A stretch of 63,577 nt of DNA, filler included, from Octopus bimaculoides (Eukaryota), in NCBI RefSeq assembly GCF_001194135.2. It is 5 parts of 5 records of this genome, joined end to end, with 100 filler letters (N's around TTAATTAATTAA, not from the genome) between each part and the next. Parts side by side here need not be neighbours in the genome. Positions count along the whole stretch, not along the records: positions 1 to 31,030 come from NC_068985.1; positions 31,131 to 40,886 come from NC_069007.1; 3 more parts are not named here. One strand, written 5' to 3'. Below are positions 24,332-37,867 of this stretch, piece by piece. The notes under the pieces are model-generated. The model saw only the letters and a program-made list of their open reading frames with translations, did no database searches and was not told the origin of the DNA. Made by a program: the position numbers and the translations under genes. How positions within the stretch are numbered: position 1 is the first letter of the stretch; each line of letters begins with the position of its first letter.

Positions 24332-26100
24332 NNNNNNNNNNNNNNNNNNNNNNNNNNNNNNNNNNNNNNNNNNNNNNNNNNNNNNNNNNNNNNNNNNNNN
24401 NNNNNNNNNNNNNNNNNNNNNNNNNNNNNNNNNNNNNNNNNNNNNNNNNNNNNNNNNNNNNNNNNNNNNNNNNNNNNNNNNNNNNNNNNNNNNNNNNNNN
24501 NNNNNNNNNNNNNNNNNNNNNNNNNNNNNNNNNNNNNNNNNNNNNNNNNNNNNNNNNNNNNNNNNNNNNNNNNNNNNNNNNNNNNNNNNNNNNNNNNNNN
24601 NNNNNNNNNNNNNNNNNNNNNNNNNNNNNNNNNNNNNNNNNNNNNNNNNNNNNNNNNNNNNNNNNNNTTATATACTTAATCCTTTATATTGAACACTCAA
24701 TATTTCATCTATTCAATAAGACATTTTCCATATATTCAATAAGACATTCAATACTTTATTTCATAGTACCATCCATTTTTATTTTATTTTATATTATATA
24801 TTGTATATTATATTATATATTGTATATTCCATATTCTATATCCCACATTGGTTATGCAGGAATATAAATAAAACATATAAAACAGACAGTGTTGGAACGC
24901 TTTTAAACAAAATAATATATATATATATATGCATATATATGCATGTGTATGTATGTATGTATGTATACACTAAATTCGTGGATTCATACTTGCCTTTATG
25001 TCGTGAGAGTGTATGTGTGAGGAAAGCTCGTGTGTCTACGTGTATGTGTTTCTACATCTGTTTATCAGTGTAGAAAATCTACATATTTTTCTTTCTGTTT
25101 GTAAGAGAGAAAAGGATAAAAGAATATATCCAATGTTTAATATATTATCCCGTCGTATATATTGTCTACCGAATAATAGGTAGCTAAATATATCTTCAAG
25201 AAAAATGATGTAAAGATATCAAAGCTGAAACAAAGCATTAACTTGCACTACTTGGCATCCTGGTCTCGTATACCGATGTTTATTTTGCCTGCAGTTCTAT
25301 CAGATTTTCAAGTACGTTGATGTGTGAACGATAGTGTCCATGAAAACAGATTTGATCTACAGATTACGATTCCCCCGAGTGCAATCGTCTTTTAATCGAT
25401 ACCTTCAGTTGTATGTCTACTATTTCTTTCATACGCAAGAAATACACCCATTAACATAGTCCTGTTCATGTATTCGTACAATTATTTACTCGCATATTTT
25501 ACATATATACACACATGTATGCACATGTACACATACATATCGAATGCATGCTCTAATGTTACTGCAAAGGCATACAGACATATATTTATATATAGGTATA
25601 TACGTACGTATGAATCTATATGACGATATGCGTGTATATTTACGAGATTGCTGTGTTGATGCGCATGCGTAAAAATATATGTGTATACGATGTTTGAGTA
25701 GGTATGTATATATTCCGTGAATATTAATGTGAATTAATTGAAGCACATAGATGAGTTTGCACAAATACTATTGTTTTTTTCAATTGGAAATTCTCCTTAC
25801 TGGAAAAAAATGTCTAATTACATGTATAGCGATACCATTAATTACGGTGGGATAATTTCAAATACCATCGGGTCAGATTTACTGCAAATTGGTTGCCTAT
25901 TAAGGGCATAGTCTTGAATTAGCGTGTCGAAGTACAGGTGAAACAATACAGCAACAACATATACATACACACACACACACAGATACACACACACACATAT
26001 ATACATACAAATTCTCTATTCGCATATCTCTCAACGACAGATATTCAATAACTACTCTAGAGTAAAGATTATTTGCCAACATAACGTGTCAGTCGAATGT

Positions 26101-26152
<52 letters not shown>

Positions 26153-28194
26153 NNNNNNNNNNNNNNNNNNNNNNNNNNNNNNNNNNNNNNNNNNNNNNNN
26201 NNNNNNNNNNNNNNNNNNNNNNNNNNNNNNNNNNNNNNNNNNNNNNNNNNNNNNNNNNNNNNNNNNNNNNNNNNNNNNNNNNNNNNNNNNNNNNNNNNNN
26301 NNNNNNNNNNNNNNNNNNNNNNNNNNNNNNNNNNNNNNNNNNNNNNNNNNNNNNNNNNNNNNNNNNNNNNNNNNNNNNNNNNNNNNNNNNNNNNNNNNNN
26401 NNNNNNNNNNNNNNNNNNNNNNNNNNNNNNNNNNNNNNNNNNNNNNNNNNNNNNNNNNNNNNNNNNNNNNNNNNNNNNNNNNNNNNNNNNNNNNNNNNNN
26501 NNNNNNNNNNNNNNNNNNNNNNNNNNNNNNNNNNNNNNNNNNNNNNNNNNNNNNNNNNNNNNNNNNNNNNNNNNNNNNNNNNNNNNNNNNNNNNNNNNNN
26601 NNNNNNNNATATATGTATATATATATATATATATGTGCCTACATAAATTTTGATACGCACATACATGCGCATAGACATATACATATAAACAGACTCAAAT
26701 GCACACACATATACACACACATACATATACACGCATAGAGGCTCATACGCGCACACACATACACACACAGATACACGCATACACACATATACGTATATAT
26801 ACAGACTCACACTCACACACACATATACACACATATATATACATATATAGAAATCCATACGTACACACGCACACATACACATATGCATATCATTCATACA
26901 AACTCATAGGCAAAGACACACGCACACATACACACACAAATACATATACATACACACACAGACACGCACACATACACACACATATGTATTTATACATATA
27001 TGTATGTGTGTGTGTATGTGTTCTTACGTGTGTGTATATATATTGCGTAAGACTTCAAACTGCATCAAATATCGGGGCTGTAGTAGGGTGTTTCCATAAT
27101 TCTGATGAGTGGAGCCACCACCTGGCCACCGTCGTTCCCATGTTTACTTGGATATTAGATAAGAGCTCCATTATGCAATACATGCGCTCTCACGGATAAA
27201 AGAAATTATTTCGAATCTGAAAACATAAGTCGAATCCTTTTAGATAACCTTTGTTGTTCCCTCAAATTGTGAATAGATTTTCCAGAATACGTTTCATTAA
27301 AACTGTACAATTAAACTTTATAATCAAATGACGTCAATTCCTATGAAATAAACGCATCTACATAAATTTCTATTTCAGTAATAAATTTTGAGAATTTTTT
27401 CATAATTCCTAATATGCGAAATCTAAATTGGTAAATGTATAGATAAATGATTTAAGAATCGAATGAACAAAATGCATTATACTTATGCCAAATTAAATCG
27501 ATAATTAAATCAATAATTTGTGAATATAACACATTGAAAAAAATTCTAAAGTAATTTATAAAACATTTAAGCATAAACGTAACTATGTCTAGACATTTAA
27601 ACTGCCTTATATTTGTGTATATTATGCTACATATGCTATATATATTATATACACATTTCATATATTCTTCTATGGTGCAGTGCGTACATATAAATAATAC
27701 ATACATACATACATACAAGAAGAGGGGTGATTCTGGTTTCCAACTACCCTCCAACATGGCTGAAGGGAGCAAGAATTTCTGACACATAATATCCATTATT
27801 TTATGCATATGTATGCATAGCAGTACTGCAAATCTAGCAAGTATGCAGACGCACGAAAAAAGACACACACACACACACGCACACACAAACACACACACAC
27901 ACACACACGCATACACAAACACATTCCCTATATGTATATTGATTTCTGACATGTTATAAGGATTATTCATTCCAGTTCACTCCTAATCTCTTATTCATTT
28001 AAAATTTTGGAGTTTGAAAATATAGAGAATGGTGAATGAAGTAGAAATTTTAACATTTAGATAAACACATGGATTTTAATGCGTTCTATGTTTACAAGAA
28101 TATATGTGCTCATGCATTTAAGTATATACATATATACATACGTAAATACATATATATACATAAATGTATTTACATTTATACATAGATATATATG

Positions 28195-28240
<46 letters not shown>

Positions 28241-28537
28241 GTGTGTTTGCGTTTGGGTGTGTCTATACAAGCGCCTGTGTTTATGTGTGTGTGCGTGCGG
28301 GTGCATTTGGGTGTGTGTTCGGGGTCATGGTAAGTTGATTGATCTTGTGTCTTCCGAAATATATCGGATTATATATAACTTAATCTTACAGAAGTATAGA
28401 AACTGAAATTTGTTGAATTGCCATCAAACGCTACGAAAAATCATAGCTAAACAAATCATAGTTAAACAAAAAATATGATATAATCCTCAGTAATCTGAAC
28501 TTTAATGGATTCAAAATACATTATTTACGTGCAAAAC

Positions 28538-28573
<36 letters not shown>

Positions 28574-28776
28574 GAAAATTTAGTCAAGAATACACCATAA
28601 AACATTACAGTACAGAAATGTCAGTTATGAAAGTCTCAAAAGTTTAATTGTTTATCGATTTCAGTATTGATTTAAGAATCAATAGCGTAGTCTTTAATTG
28701 ATAGAAGGCCTAAATGCATCGGTTTAATTTTCACTAATTAAGCATTAACATCAATGATTGGAAATATGTCTGTGAA

Positions 28777-28811
<35 letters not shown>

Positions 28812-29504
28812 NNNNNNNNNNTATATATATATATATACACACATTGACAGATATATATGTATGTGTATTAGATAGGTGTGTATGAGTGTCTGTGTATGTA
28901 TGTGTATGTGCGAATGTGTGTTTGTGTGTATGTGTGCATGAGCCACAAACGTCAGGAGGAATAAGAGGTTAACGTAGCTATTTACCCCCTTGAGATCCGT
29001 AGGATTATAGCCCTAACACGGCTTTCATCGAGTGATAATATTTTTATTGTATAATATTTCACATGTGTGCAACAGTATGCCTGGTAAGTATTTTTCTATA
29101 TAATTGTACATGTATGAATAAATATGGATGTAGAAGCTTACTTTTTCAGATCAACTAGACATCGTGATTATACCGATGCTTCAACTCTCAGAAAATAGTT
29201 TTATAATACGGAGTATGTATGTTGGTGCAGACATGTAAAATGCTTCATTATACACTGCAGTTGTTATTGCAAGACGAAGGGCGCAAAGTGGAAAATAGTT
29301 GAGAATCCACATCATATGTTAACGTATCAAAAAATACAAGCTATGAACTCCACTGTAATATATCTGAAATTTTCAAGGCTTGGAAACATAGCAGTTTCTG
29401 TTGGCGAACGAGATAATATCACTCTCTCCGGATGGTGTAGCTGTAATCTTTAGGTCACAAACCGCTCAACCTTATGACATTACGATCAAAGGAGGCATAA
29501 TCTT

Positions 29505-29538
<34 letters not shown>

Positions 29539-29699
29539 CCTTTCTCTGTTTTCTTTCTCCTTTTTTTGGTTTTTCAACCTTCCACCTGTTATTTCTACTC
29601 CATTCTCGCATTTTCTCGTTTCTTCTTTCTTCCTATCTACACGTTTTCGCTTTTTTTTCCGTCAATCATAATTCTTTTATTGAATGTAACATTTGCGTC

Positions 29700-30105
29700 C
29701 TGCTGACGGGAGATGTCGCTTCTATGAGGATTACGGGCCAGTGCAGGTCTTTTACTTGCATCCACTGTTCACTTATGCATTCTACCCTTAAGCCTTTTAA
29801 TGCTAGTTGAAGCAGAGTCTCTTTTACCATTCTGACAAGTCGATCTTCACTCTATTCGCTCCAAAGCTATTTGCACAGAGATGTTGTGAGCTTCTGACTG
29901 GCTTCTCTTCAGCTTGTTCTTATATCTCAGCTATGCTTGACGAACATTTCTGTGCTCACTATGACGTTGGCTCTACATGAAGATTTTGAGTATTCTTACG
30001 GTAAATCTTCTGACGACATGACCAGCAATTCTTAATTATGACTACATAAGGAAGATCACGCTTCCACGGATCGTATACTTGCTAAGTGCTTGTTACTGTC
30101 ACTAG
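29700..30105 (-). mobile_element. Old RTE-clade LINE 3' fragment
   Basis: ASIRSVEA..RIAGHVVRR..RILKIF..RNVRQA*LRYKNKLKRS..IALERIE*RSTCQNG matches the RTE C-terminal RWAGHVxRM..LRYKD..WR motif series. Confidence 0.7.
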
Positions 30106-30383
30106 AATGTAGTCTGTTATTTCCAAAATAGTACAAATCATAAGCAAATTTGCTTCACATATAAACATTTTCACCATCTAGAATTACGCAGTTTTATTTG
30201 TATTTTAAAAACTAGCATAACAAAAGCATTCAAAATTTTATCTTCTTTCGCTTGTATGCGTTTACAGACTAATATATAGGTGTTTATGCATATCATTCCA
30301 TGTGTATCGCAGTCTGTCTGTCTATCTCTTCCTCTTCACCCCATCTCTCTCTAACTCTCTCTCTCTTTCTCTCTCTCTGTCTG

Positions 30384-30454
<71 letters not shown>

Positions 30455-30586
30455 ACACACACACATATATATATATATATATGTATACATAAGTATATGT
30501 GTGTCTGTGAGTCTATGTATGCATATATACATATACATACGTACATATAGGTTAGTAGCGTTTGGATACGTATATATATGTATATA

Positions 30587-30618
<32 letters not shown>

Positions 30619-31030
30619 AATGTATATATATAAATAGGTATCAAAACGCTACATATCTAGATTCTGATACTAGATAAGGTTAGCAGATTTATCGATTACT
30701 AACAGTCAATATTTACTTTTAAGTTTATAGTTTTATGGTAGAATTATTTTATAAAGATAAAGGTAACATCGTGGTTTGTTTAAAGGCGATTATATGATTT
30801 AACAGTACTGAATCGGTTACAAATATTTTTTAAACCAGTTCACTTAAATCAAAACCGCGGCGGTTGTTTTTTATGTAAAATTGTACATTTATATAAGATC
30901 GTATATTTCATATTTTGACAAGTGTTTCTCTGCTGCAGACATTTTATCAAATCTCGTCCGGTTTTCTATGCGTGCAATCACACGCCGCTCACACGACCGC
31001 ACATCACACACATACATAACAATGTCTATG

Positions 31031-31130
31031 NNNNNNNNNNNNNNNNNNNNNNNNNNNNNNNNNNNNNNNNNNNNTTAATTAATTAANNNNNNNNNNNNNN
31101 NNNNNNNNNNNNNNNNNNNNNNNNNNNNNN
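31031..31130. other. Artificial 100-bp scaffold linker (N44-TTAATTAATTAA-N44)
   Basis: Identical structure at 40887-40986, 58494-58593 and 62393-62492; the 12-mer gives stop codons in all six frames. Confidence 0.9.
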
Positions 31131-31141
31131 AATTATATATA

Positions 31142-31195
<54 letters not shown>

Positions 31196-31196
<1 letters not shown>

Positions 31197-31640
31197 GAGG
31201 GGAAGCCAAAACTTACCCGCACTTTCTCCATAACATTTTTATTATTGTCACATTGCCCTCTGCGCATGCGTGCTTATAGTTGGCACTATTGTGGTCACGT
31301 GATCGAAGTTTGAATCTGATTGTGCTAATTTTCTGTCTGGTTTTACAATGTAAGCATGTCCGCTCCACTAGCAATGTGCACCAAAGTAGAACAAAGAGCA
31401 GCGATCCGATTTCTCTGGTTGGAAAGTATATCAGATGCTGAAATTCATCGGAGGCTTTTAGCACAATACGGGGACAGTGTCCTACCGCGTAGAAATATGT
31501 ATGAGTGGCTCGTGAAGTTTAAAAGTTAACGGACAAGCGGAACGCCCGAAGATGGTGCAGGACGCCCGTGAATCTCAACCACTGACGAGAAGATTCAGAA
31601 AGCTCCAAAGATGGTAATGGTGAAACGGTTCACCATTACC
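31196..31640 (+). mobile_element. Mariner transposon 5' fragment
   Basis: TIR-like cgagggg. ORF from 31356 reads MSAPLAMCTKVEQRAAIRFLWLES..AEIHRRL..QYGDSVL..YEW..FKS*RTS..GAGRP..STTDEKI, a mariner HTH region. Confidence 0.85.
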
Positions 31641-31824
31641 ATCTCTCGGATCACTGCTTTTTGTTCTTCTTTGGTGCACATTGCTGGTGGAGAGGCCATG
31701 CTTACAGTGCAAAGTTGGAAAGAAAAACGATGCGATCAGGCTTAAATTTTTAAAAAATATATTTCCAAATGCAAGGGACATTTTCCTTTTTTCTGTCTGT
31801 CTGTCTCTCTCTTCTTTTTACTCA

Positions 31825-32020
31825 CGTAAACACACCAGCATCGGTTGTCAAGCGATGGTGGGGGGACAAAGAGGCACACACACACACACACACAAATCCG
31901 TCTACCAAATCCACCCATCGGACCGATGTTAGAGTAGAAGACCCTTGCCCAAGGTGTCATGCAGTGGGACTGAACACGGAGCCATGGGAAGCAAGCTTCT
32001 TACCACAAAGCCACGCCTAT
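31825..32020 (-). mobile_element. SINE family C, internally deleted
   Basis: Head and part of the 3' module around a (CA)n. Confidence 0.8.
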
Positions 32021-32603
32021 AATGAGCTAAATTTTAAATCTTCAATTCGTCTTAAGCTTTAACAAACCTTTACGTTTATTTCATTAATTAGTTTTATTAA
32101 TTTCTTCTATGACTTTTTTTAAATTTCACCTCCCAATAAAAATCCAGGTATGGTGTGGGTGCTTGAAGACACTACAATCAATAGTTTTAGTCTCTTTTTA
32201 ATTATAATCTTTGCGTATTTACTTTTCCAATTTATTTTTTGAAAAATTTCCTCCATTTTCTTTTTACGCTTAATATTCATTATTTTTTTTGTTTTGTATT
32301 TTCAAATTTAATAAATTTTTTGTATTTAATCATTTTTTTATATTTCACACTTGTTTGTTTTACTTCCTTATTTATTTATTTTTTTTATCGTACTATTCTG
32401 CAGCCATCGTTACAACCTGTTTGTTTATGTCTTTTGTAAGACCAATTATTGACGTATTTTTGTTATGTCGATTTTATCTAACGTCGTTTGTAGTAAGCGC
32501 TATTGATGTTGCCGCAGTTGCTGATGTTGTAACTGCCGCTGTTATTGATGTTGTGGCTGTTATTAGACTTGTCGACTGCTGTGGTTATTATTGTGGTCGT
32601 GAA

Positions 32604-32825
32604 GTGGCAGAACCGTTAGCACGCCTGACAATAATGCTTAGCAGTACTTCGTCTTTCTTTACGTTCTGAGTTCAAATTCCACCGAGGTCGGCTTTATCTT
32701 TCATCATTACGAGGTCGAAAGGTGGTGATCTGATAGAATCGTTACCGTACCGCACAAAATGTTTAGTGACATTTCTTCCGTCTGTAGGTTCTGAGTTCAA
32801 ATTCCGCCGAGGTTGACTTCGTCTT
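32604..32825 (+). mobile_element. Two tandem partial SINE family B copies
   Basis: gttctgagttcaaattccRccgaggt occurs twice. Confidence 0.8.
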
Positions 32826-33210
32826 GAGGCGCAATGGCCCAGTGGTTAGGGCAGCGGACTCGTGGTATAGGATCGCGGTTTCGATTCCCAGACCGGGAGT
32901 TGTGAGTGTTTATTGAGCGAAATACCTAAAGCTCCACGAGGCTCCTGCAGGGGATGGTGGCGAACCCTGCTGTACTCTTCCACCACAACTTTCTCTCACT
33001 CTTACTTCCTGTTTCTGTTGTGCTTGTAATTCAAAGGGTCAGCCTTGTCACACTGTGTCACGCTGAATACCCCCGAGAACTACGTTTAAAGGGTACACGT
33101 GTCTGTGGAGTGCTCAGCCGCTTGCACGTTAATTTCACGAGCAGGCTGTTCCGTTGATCGGATCAACTGGAACCCTCGACGTCGTAAGCGACGGAGTGCC
33201 AACAGCAACA
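32826..33210 (+). mobile_element. SINE family A, full length (about 380 bp, tRNA head, AAC tail)
   Basis: A box tggcccagtgg, B box gtttcgattcc, 3' stem-loop cgtcgtaagcgacg. Sits inside a B copy whose 3' end resumes at about 33211. Confidence 0.9.
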
Positions 33211-33274
33211 TAATTGACTTACTCCCTCCCCCAAAATGTCATGCCTTGTGCCTATAGCAAAAAGAATTATTGGT

Positions 33275-33475
33275 TTCACTCGGGTTTCTTCATATTCCTG
33301 ATAGAATTTATGTTGATAGCTGTAACTACCTGTAACCTTAGGTATCCACATGCTTAAAACCCTCCCGATAATCTTCCTTGTCCCTAAGAGGCAAACTTTC
33401 TGTAGAAGCTTTACAGGACATTCTATTCCAACCTCCTTCAACCATGTTTACTAACAGTTCCCAAAACATCAATTA
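33275..33475 (-). mobile_element. R4/Dong-like non-LTR retrotransposon 3' end
   Basis: VLGTVSK..LKEVGIECPVKLLQKVCLLGTRKIIGRVL matches the REL-element C-terminus GALG..LQKxxLLGTAxIxRxVL. Confidence 0.75.
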
Positions 33476-33581
33476 TTAAAGGCTCAACCTTTACAGATTT
33501 CATACTCAAAATTCCTGCAATTTCAAATTCTAAAGGATTGTATTTAAATTTCAAAATATCTGGAAATGTTTATTATTGTTG

Positions 33582-33616
<35 letters not shown>

Positions 33617-33618
<2 letters not shown>

Positions 33619-34050
33619 GGCGGTGAGCTGGTAGAATCTTTAGCACGCTGAACGAAATGCTTAGCGGTACGTTCTGAGTTCAAATTCCGCCGGGGTCGAC
33701 TTTGCCTTTCATCCTTCCGGGGTCGATAAAATAAGTACCAGTTGAACACTGGTGTCAATGTAATCGACTCATGCCCCACCTTTCCCAAGCTGCCCTTGTA
33801 GCAAAAATTTGAAATGATTATTATTATAATTATTATTAAAACGGCGAGCTGGCAGAATCGTTAGCGCGCTGGACGAAATGCTTGGTGGTATTTTGCCCGT
33901 TGCTACGTTCTGAGTTCAAATTCCACGGAGGTCGACTTCACCTTTCATCTTTTCGGGATCGATAAAATAAGTATCAGTTGATCACTGGGGTCGATGTAAT
34001 AGACACATCCCGGCCTCCGGCAAAATTTGAAACCATTATTATTATTATTA
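33617..34050 (+). mobile_element. Two tandem full SINE family B copies separated and flanked by (ATT)n
   Basis: Copies at 33617-33815 and 33838-34034; central gtcgactttgcctttcatccttccggggtcgataaaataagtacc. Confidence 0.9.
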
Positions 34051-34161
34051 TTATTATTATTTAGATTTTCTTTGTTTGTGATCTCATCAAAGTCTATTGC
34101 ATCGATCTCAGCGCTCAAATGGAACTTATTTGATTGAGTCCGAAAAGATGACAAGCAAATA

Positions 34162-34302
34162 CGACCTTGGCAGATTAGAACTTCGAACATAAAGACGGAC
34201 GAAATGCTACAAAGCATTTTTCCCGGCGTGCTGACCTATTGCATATTAAGAATTATTATTAAGACTAGCAAATTCCACCGAGGTCGACATTGCCTTTCAT
34301 CC
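34162..34302. mobile_element. SINE family B fragments (minus 34162-34242; plus 34268-34302 running into a gap)
   Basis: Homology to 61503-61746 and 33617-33815. Confidence 0.7.
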
Positions 34303-34818
34303 NNNNNNNNNNNNNNNNNNNNNNNNNNNNNNNNNNNNNNNNNNNNNNNNNNNNNNNNNNNNNNNNNNNNNNNNNNNNNNNNNNNNNNNNNNNNNNNNNN
34401 NNNNNNNNNNNNNNNNNNNNNNNNNNNNNNNNNNNNNNNNNNNNNNNNNNNNNNNNNNNNNNNNNNNNNNNNNNNNNNNNNNNNNNNNNNNNNNNNNNNN
34501 NNNNNNNNNNNNNNNNNNNNNNNNNNNNNNNNNNNNNNNNNNNNNNNNNNNNNNNNNNNNNNNNNNNNNNNNNNNNNNNNNNNNNNNNNNNNNNNNNNNN
34601 NNNNNNNNNNNNNNNNNNNNNNNNNNNNNNNNNNNNNNNNNNNNNNNNNNNNNNNNNNNNNNNNNNNNNNNNNNNNNNNNNNNNNNNNNNNNNNNNNNNN
34701 NNNNNNNNNNNNNNNNNNNNNNNNNNNNNNNNNNNNNNNNNNNNNNNNNNNNNNNNNNNNNNNNNNNNNNNNNNNNNNNNNNNNNNNNNNNNNNNNNNNN
34801 NNNNNNNNNNNNNNNNNN

Positions 34819-35101
34819 AAACACCTAAAGCTCCACGAGACTCCGGCAGGAGATGGTGGCGAACCCTGCTGTACTCTTCCACCACAACTTTCTCTCACTC
34901 TTTCTTCCTGTTTCTGTTGTGCCTGTAATTCAAAAGGGTCAGCCTTGTCACACTGTGTCACGCTGAATATCCCTGAGAACTACGTTTAAAGGGTACACGT
35001 GTCTGTGGAGTGCTCAGCCACTTGCACGTTAATTTCACGAGCAGGCTGTTGATAGGATCAACTGGAACCCTCGACGTCGTAAGCGACGGAGTGCCAACAA
35101 C
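34819..35101 (+). mobile_element. SINE family A (head lies in the gap)
   Basis: Near-identical to 32925-33205. Confidence 0.9.
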
Positions 35102-35102
35102 A

Positions 35103-35245
35103 TGTTTTGAGTCTAAATTCCGCCGTGGTTGGCTTTGCTTTTTATCCTTTCCTTTGAGGGTCGATAAAGTAAGTAACAATGGTAATATTGGGGCCAGTGT
35201 AATGTAATTGACTTCTTCTCTCCCCAAGAATTGCTGGACTTCTAC
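35103..35245 (+). mobile_element. SINE family B, 3' part, diverged
   Basis: aaattccgccgtggttggctttgc...gggtcgataaagtaagta. Confidence 0.7.
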
Positions 35246-35536
35246 CAAAATGTGAAGCCATTAAAACTGATTTTAAATAATTCAGCTGCTATATTTAAGA
35301 AAAATAGCGACAATGTAGAGAACCTCACGTTAAACATGGTTTTGTAGTAAGTACTTGAAAATTAAGCAAGTTTTCAGACACACGATTGAGCTTCGATATA
35401 TCGAACCAATCGATTAGGAAAAAAAACGATCTTTCGATGTGATTGATTGATTTCCAACAGAAGACAAAATTTCTCATTAATAAACTTTTTATTTTATTTT
35501 TTACAATTTATGGGCTCTATGTGCTCAACAAATATT

Positions 35537-35775
35537 AAGTCGGTGAGCAAGAAGAATCGTTAGCACGTTGAAGAGAAACGCTTAAGAGGTTTCTTCCGTT
35601 CTTCCAACCCACTACCATCTGAGTTCAAATTCCGCCGAAGTCGACTTTGCTTTTATCCTTTCAGTGTCGATAAAGTAAGAGCCGGTTGAACAATGGGTCG
35701 ATGTAATCTATTAGCCCCCTCTCTACAAAATTCAGAGGCTTGTGCCTCTAGTAGAAGGGATTATTATTATTATCA
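35537..35775 (+). mobile_element. SINE family B with (ATT)n tail
   Basis: Homologous to 48973-49192 along its length. Confidence 0.85.
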
Positions 35776-35855
35776 TTATTTTCGTTTTTTTTAACTCGAG
35801 TTTTGTTGGAAATCCCGGAGTCTTGCTGTCTATTCTTTTCTAGTATTATTACCAT

Positions 35856-36327
35856 TGTTGTTGTTGTTATTGTTGCTGTTGTTGAGTAAGAGAGCAACGC
35901 ATGCAAAGTGACACTAGGATACAAACATACTCACCATGACTAACCGTCTTATAAGGGTACACCAGATACAAGCATCACAACCATACGTTCACCACACGGG
36001 GATTTCATATCAAGATAAACAGCGCATGTCTTTGCGAGTGGAGCCCAGTTAGAGAATTTTCTTCAGCCCGAATAGCCCATCCCGCTCAAAAATCCATCCC
36101 TGAATAAGGGATGTCTAAAGCTGTTGAACGAAACGTCCCTGTTTCCAGAGATAGATTATTTAAACCCCGAAGAATTACTCCCAACATATAGCTGTGATGC
36201 TCCCCCAATCCTACAAGTGATCAGAGATGGACATATTCTCCGCCACCAACGGACATGCTCAGCTACTTAAGGTCAACAAAGTGACAAACAAATTTGTAGT
36301 ATTCAGCAGAATATTTGTTGTAGCCCA
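35856..36327 (-). mobile_element. Unclassified GC-richer retroposon-like block with (AAC)n tail
   Basis: About 440 bp of higher-GC sequence with no ORF, bounded by (AAT)n at its minus-strand 5' side and (AAC)n at its 3' side. Confidence 0.4.
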
Positions 36328-36632
36328 TTATTATTATTATTATTATTATCATTATTATTATTATTCAGTAGTTTTATTTTTATAACGTGCAGCTCTGTGT
36401 GCCTTGGGTATGTGCTGTGGTTTGCTGTGATGCTCTTATGGTTACTGTATTGAAAGTGTTTTGCGTAGGATGTGTGCAGTGCCCAGTAGTGCAATTTTCT
36501 GTATGTTATATATATTTGTAAGTCCTGATGTTTTTGTTATGTATTTGTCTGAATATTTTTTTTATTATACCTAAGGCACCTACTATGATAGGAATTGTTT
36601 CTGCTTTTAGATTCCACATTCGAGTTACCTAT
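36328..36632 (-). mobile_element. R4/Dong-like retrotransposon, 5'-truncated, embedded in (TAA)n
   Basis: VTRMWNLKAETIPIIVGALGIIKK then, after one frameshift, YSDKYITKTSGLTNIYNIQKIALLGTAHILRKTLSIQ*; short 3' UTR; (AAT)n on both sides. Confidence 0.85.
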
Positions 36633-36638
36633 TATTTA

Positions 36639-36684
<46 letters not shown>

Positions 36685-36898
36685 NNNNNNNNNNNNNNNN
36701 NNNNNNNNNNNNNNNNNNNNNNNNNNNNNNNNNNNNNNNNNNNNNNNNNNNNNNNNNNNNNNNNNNNNNNNNNNNNNNNNNNNNNNNNNNNNNNNNNNNN
36801 NNNNNNNNNNNNNNNNNNNNNNNNNNNNNNNNNNNNNNNNNNNNNNNNNNNNNNNNNNNNNNNNNNNNNNNNNNNNNNNNNNNNNNNNNNNNNNNNNN

Positions 36899-37285
36899 AG
36901 TTGTGGTTGGCACTCCGTCGCTTACGACGAGGGTTCCAGTTGATCCGATCAACGGAACAGCCTGCTCATGAAATGAACGTGCAAGTGGCTGAGCACTCCG
37001 CAGACACGTGTACCCTTAACGTAGTTCTCGGGGATATTCAGCGTGACACAGAGGGTGACAGGGCTGACCCTTTGAATTACAGGCACAACAGAAACAGGAA
37101 GTAAGAGTGAGAGAAAGTTGTGGTGGAAGAGTACAGCAGGGTTCGCCACCATCCCCTGCCGGAGCTTCGTGGAACTTTAGGTGTTTTCGCTCAATAAACA
37201 CTCACAACGCCCGGTCTGGGAATGGAAACCGCGATTCTATGACTGCGAGTCCGCTGCCCTAACTATTGGGCCATTGCGCCTCCAC
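36899..37285 (-). mobile_element. SINE family A, full length, flanked by (AAT)n
   Basis: Reverse complement of 52014-52397. Confidence 0.9.
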
Positions 37286-37334
37286 ATATTATTATTATTA
37301 TTATTATTATCATCATCATCATCATTATTATTAT

Positions 37335-37367
<33 letters not shown>

Positions 37368-37867
37368 TATTATTATTAGCGTTGAAGCGAATTCACGTCT
37401 ACGTCACATTTTCCGCAAAAAAAGTAATCTCTGACTAAATTACATCAGAAAAAGTAAAGTTTTTTCTTTTGTATTTTATTTTTCGTTGTTACTAACAGAA
37501 GGTTTGCGGGGGGTGGGGGTTGTGAATCTACATCATTACCAATGGTAGAATAAAAATCTCGTCCTTAGATTGTCTGTAGAGCTTTGGCAAGTAGCCACCA
37601 GCATCGTTAAAGATATTCATTTAAGAAGAAAACAGGAATAATTTGTTTGCTACGCTGTTAGTAGCAGTAACCTACATGCCCTACAAACTAAGACACCCTT
37701 TAATTACTTTCAAACACGAAAAGAACCTTTTGTTTTTCCAAACAAGCAGACGCAGTGAAAACTGAACGGCTAGAACTCAGAGATGTTCGATAGGAAAAGA
37801 ACTCACACTCAGAATACTGTAGAAAACTTTAATGAAAATGAACAAAAAACAGAGAAATAGTGTAGAC

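Noticed and set aside
27092-27175. CTGATGAG-tggagc...gctcca
   Set aside because: No GAAA after the stem, so it is not a hammerhead; no C/D box geometry either.
31075-31086. TTAATTAATTAA as a homeodomain site or piggyBac TTAA target
   Set aside because: Always centred in exact N44 flanks, so it is an assembly linker.
32826-32900. SINE A, B and C heads as functional tRNA genes
   Set aside because: A and B boxes are present but there is no complete cloverleaf, and they continue into SINE bodies with tails and TSDs.
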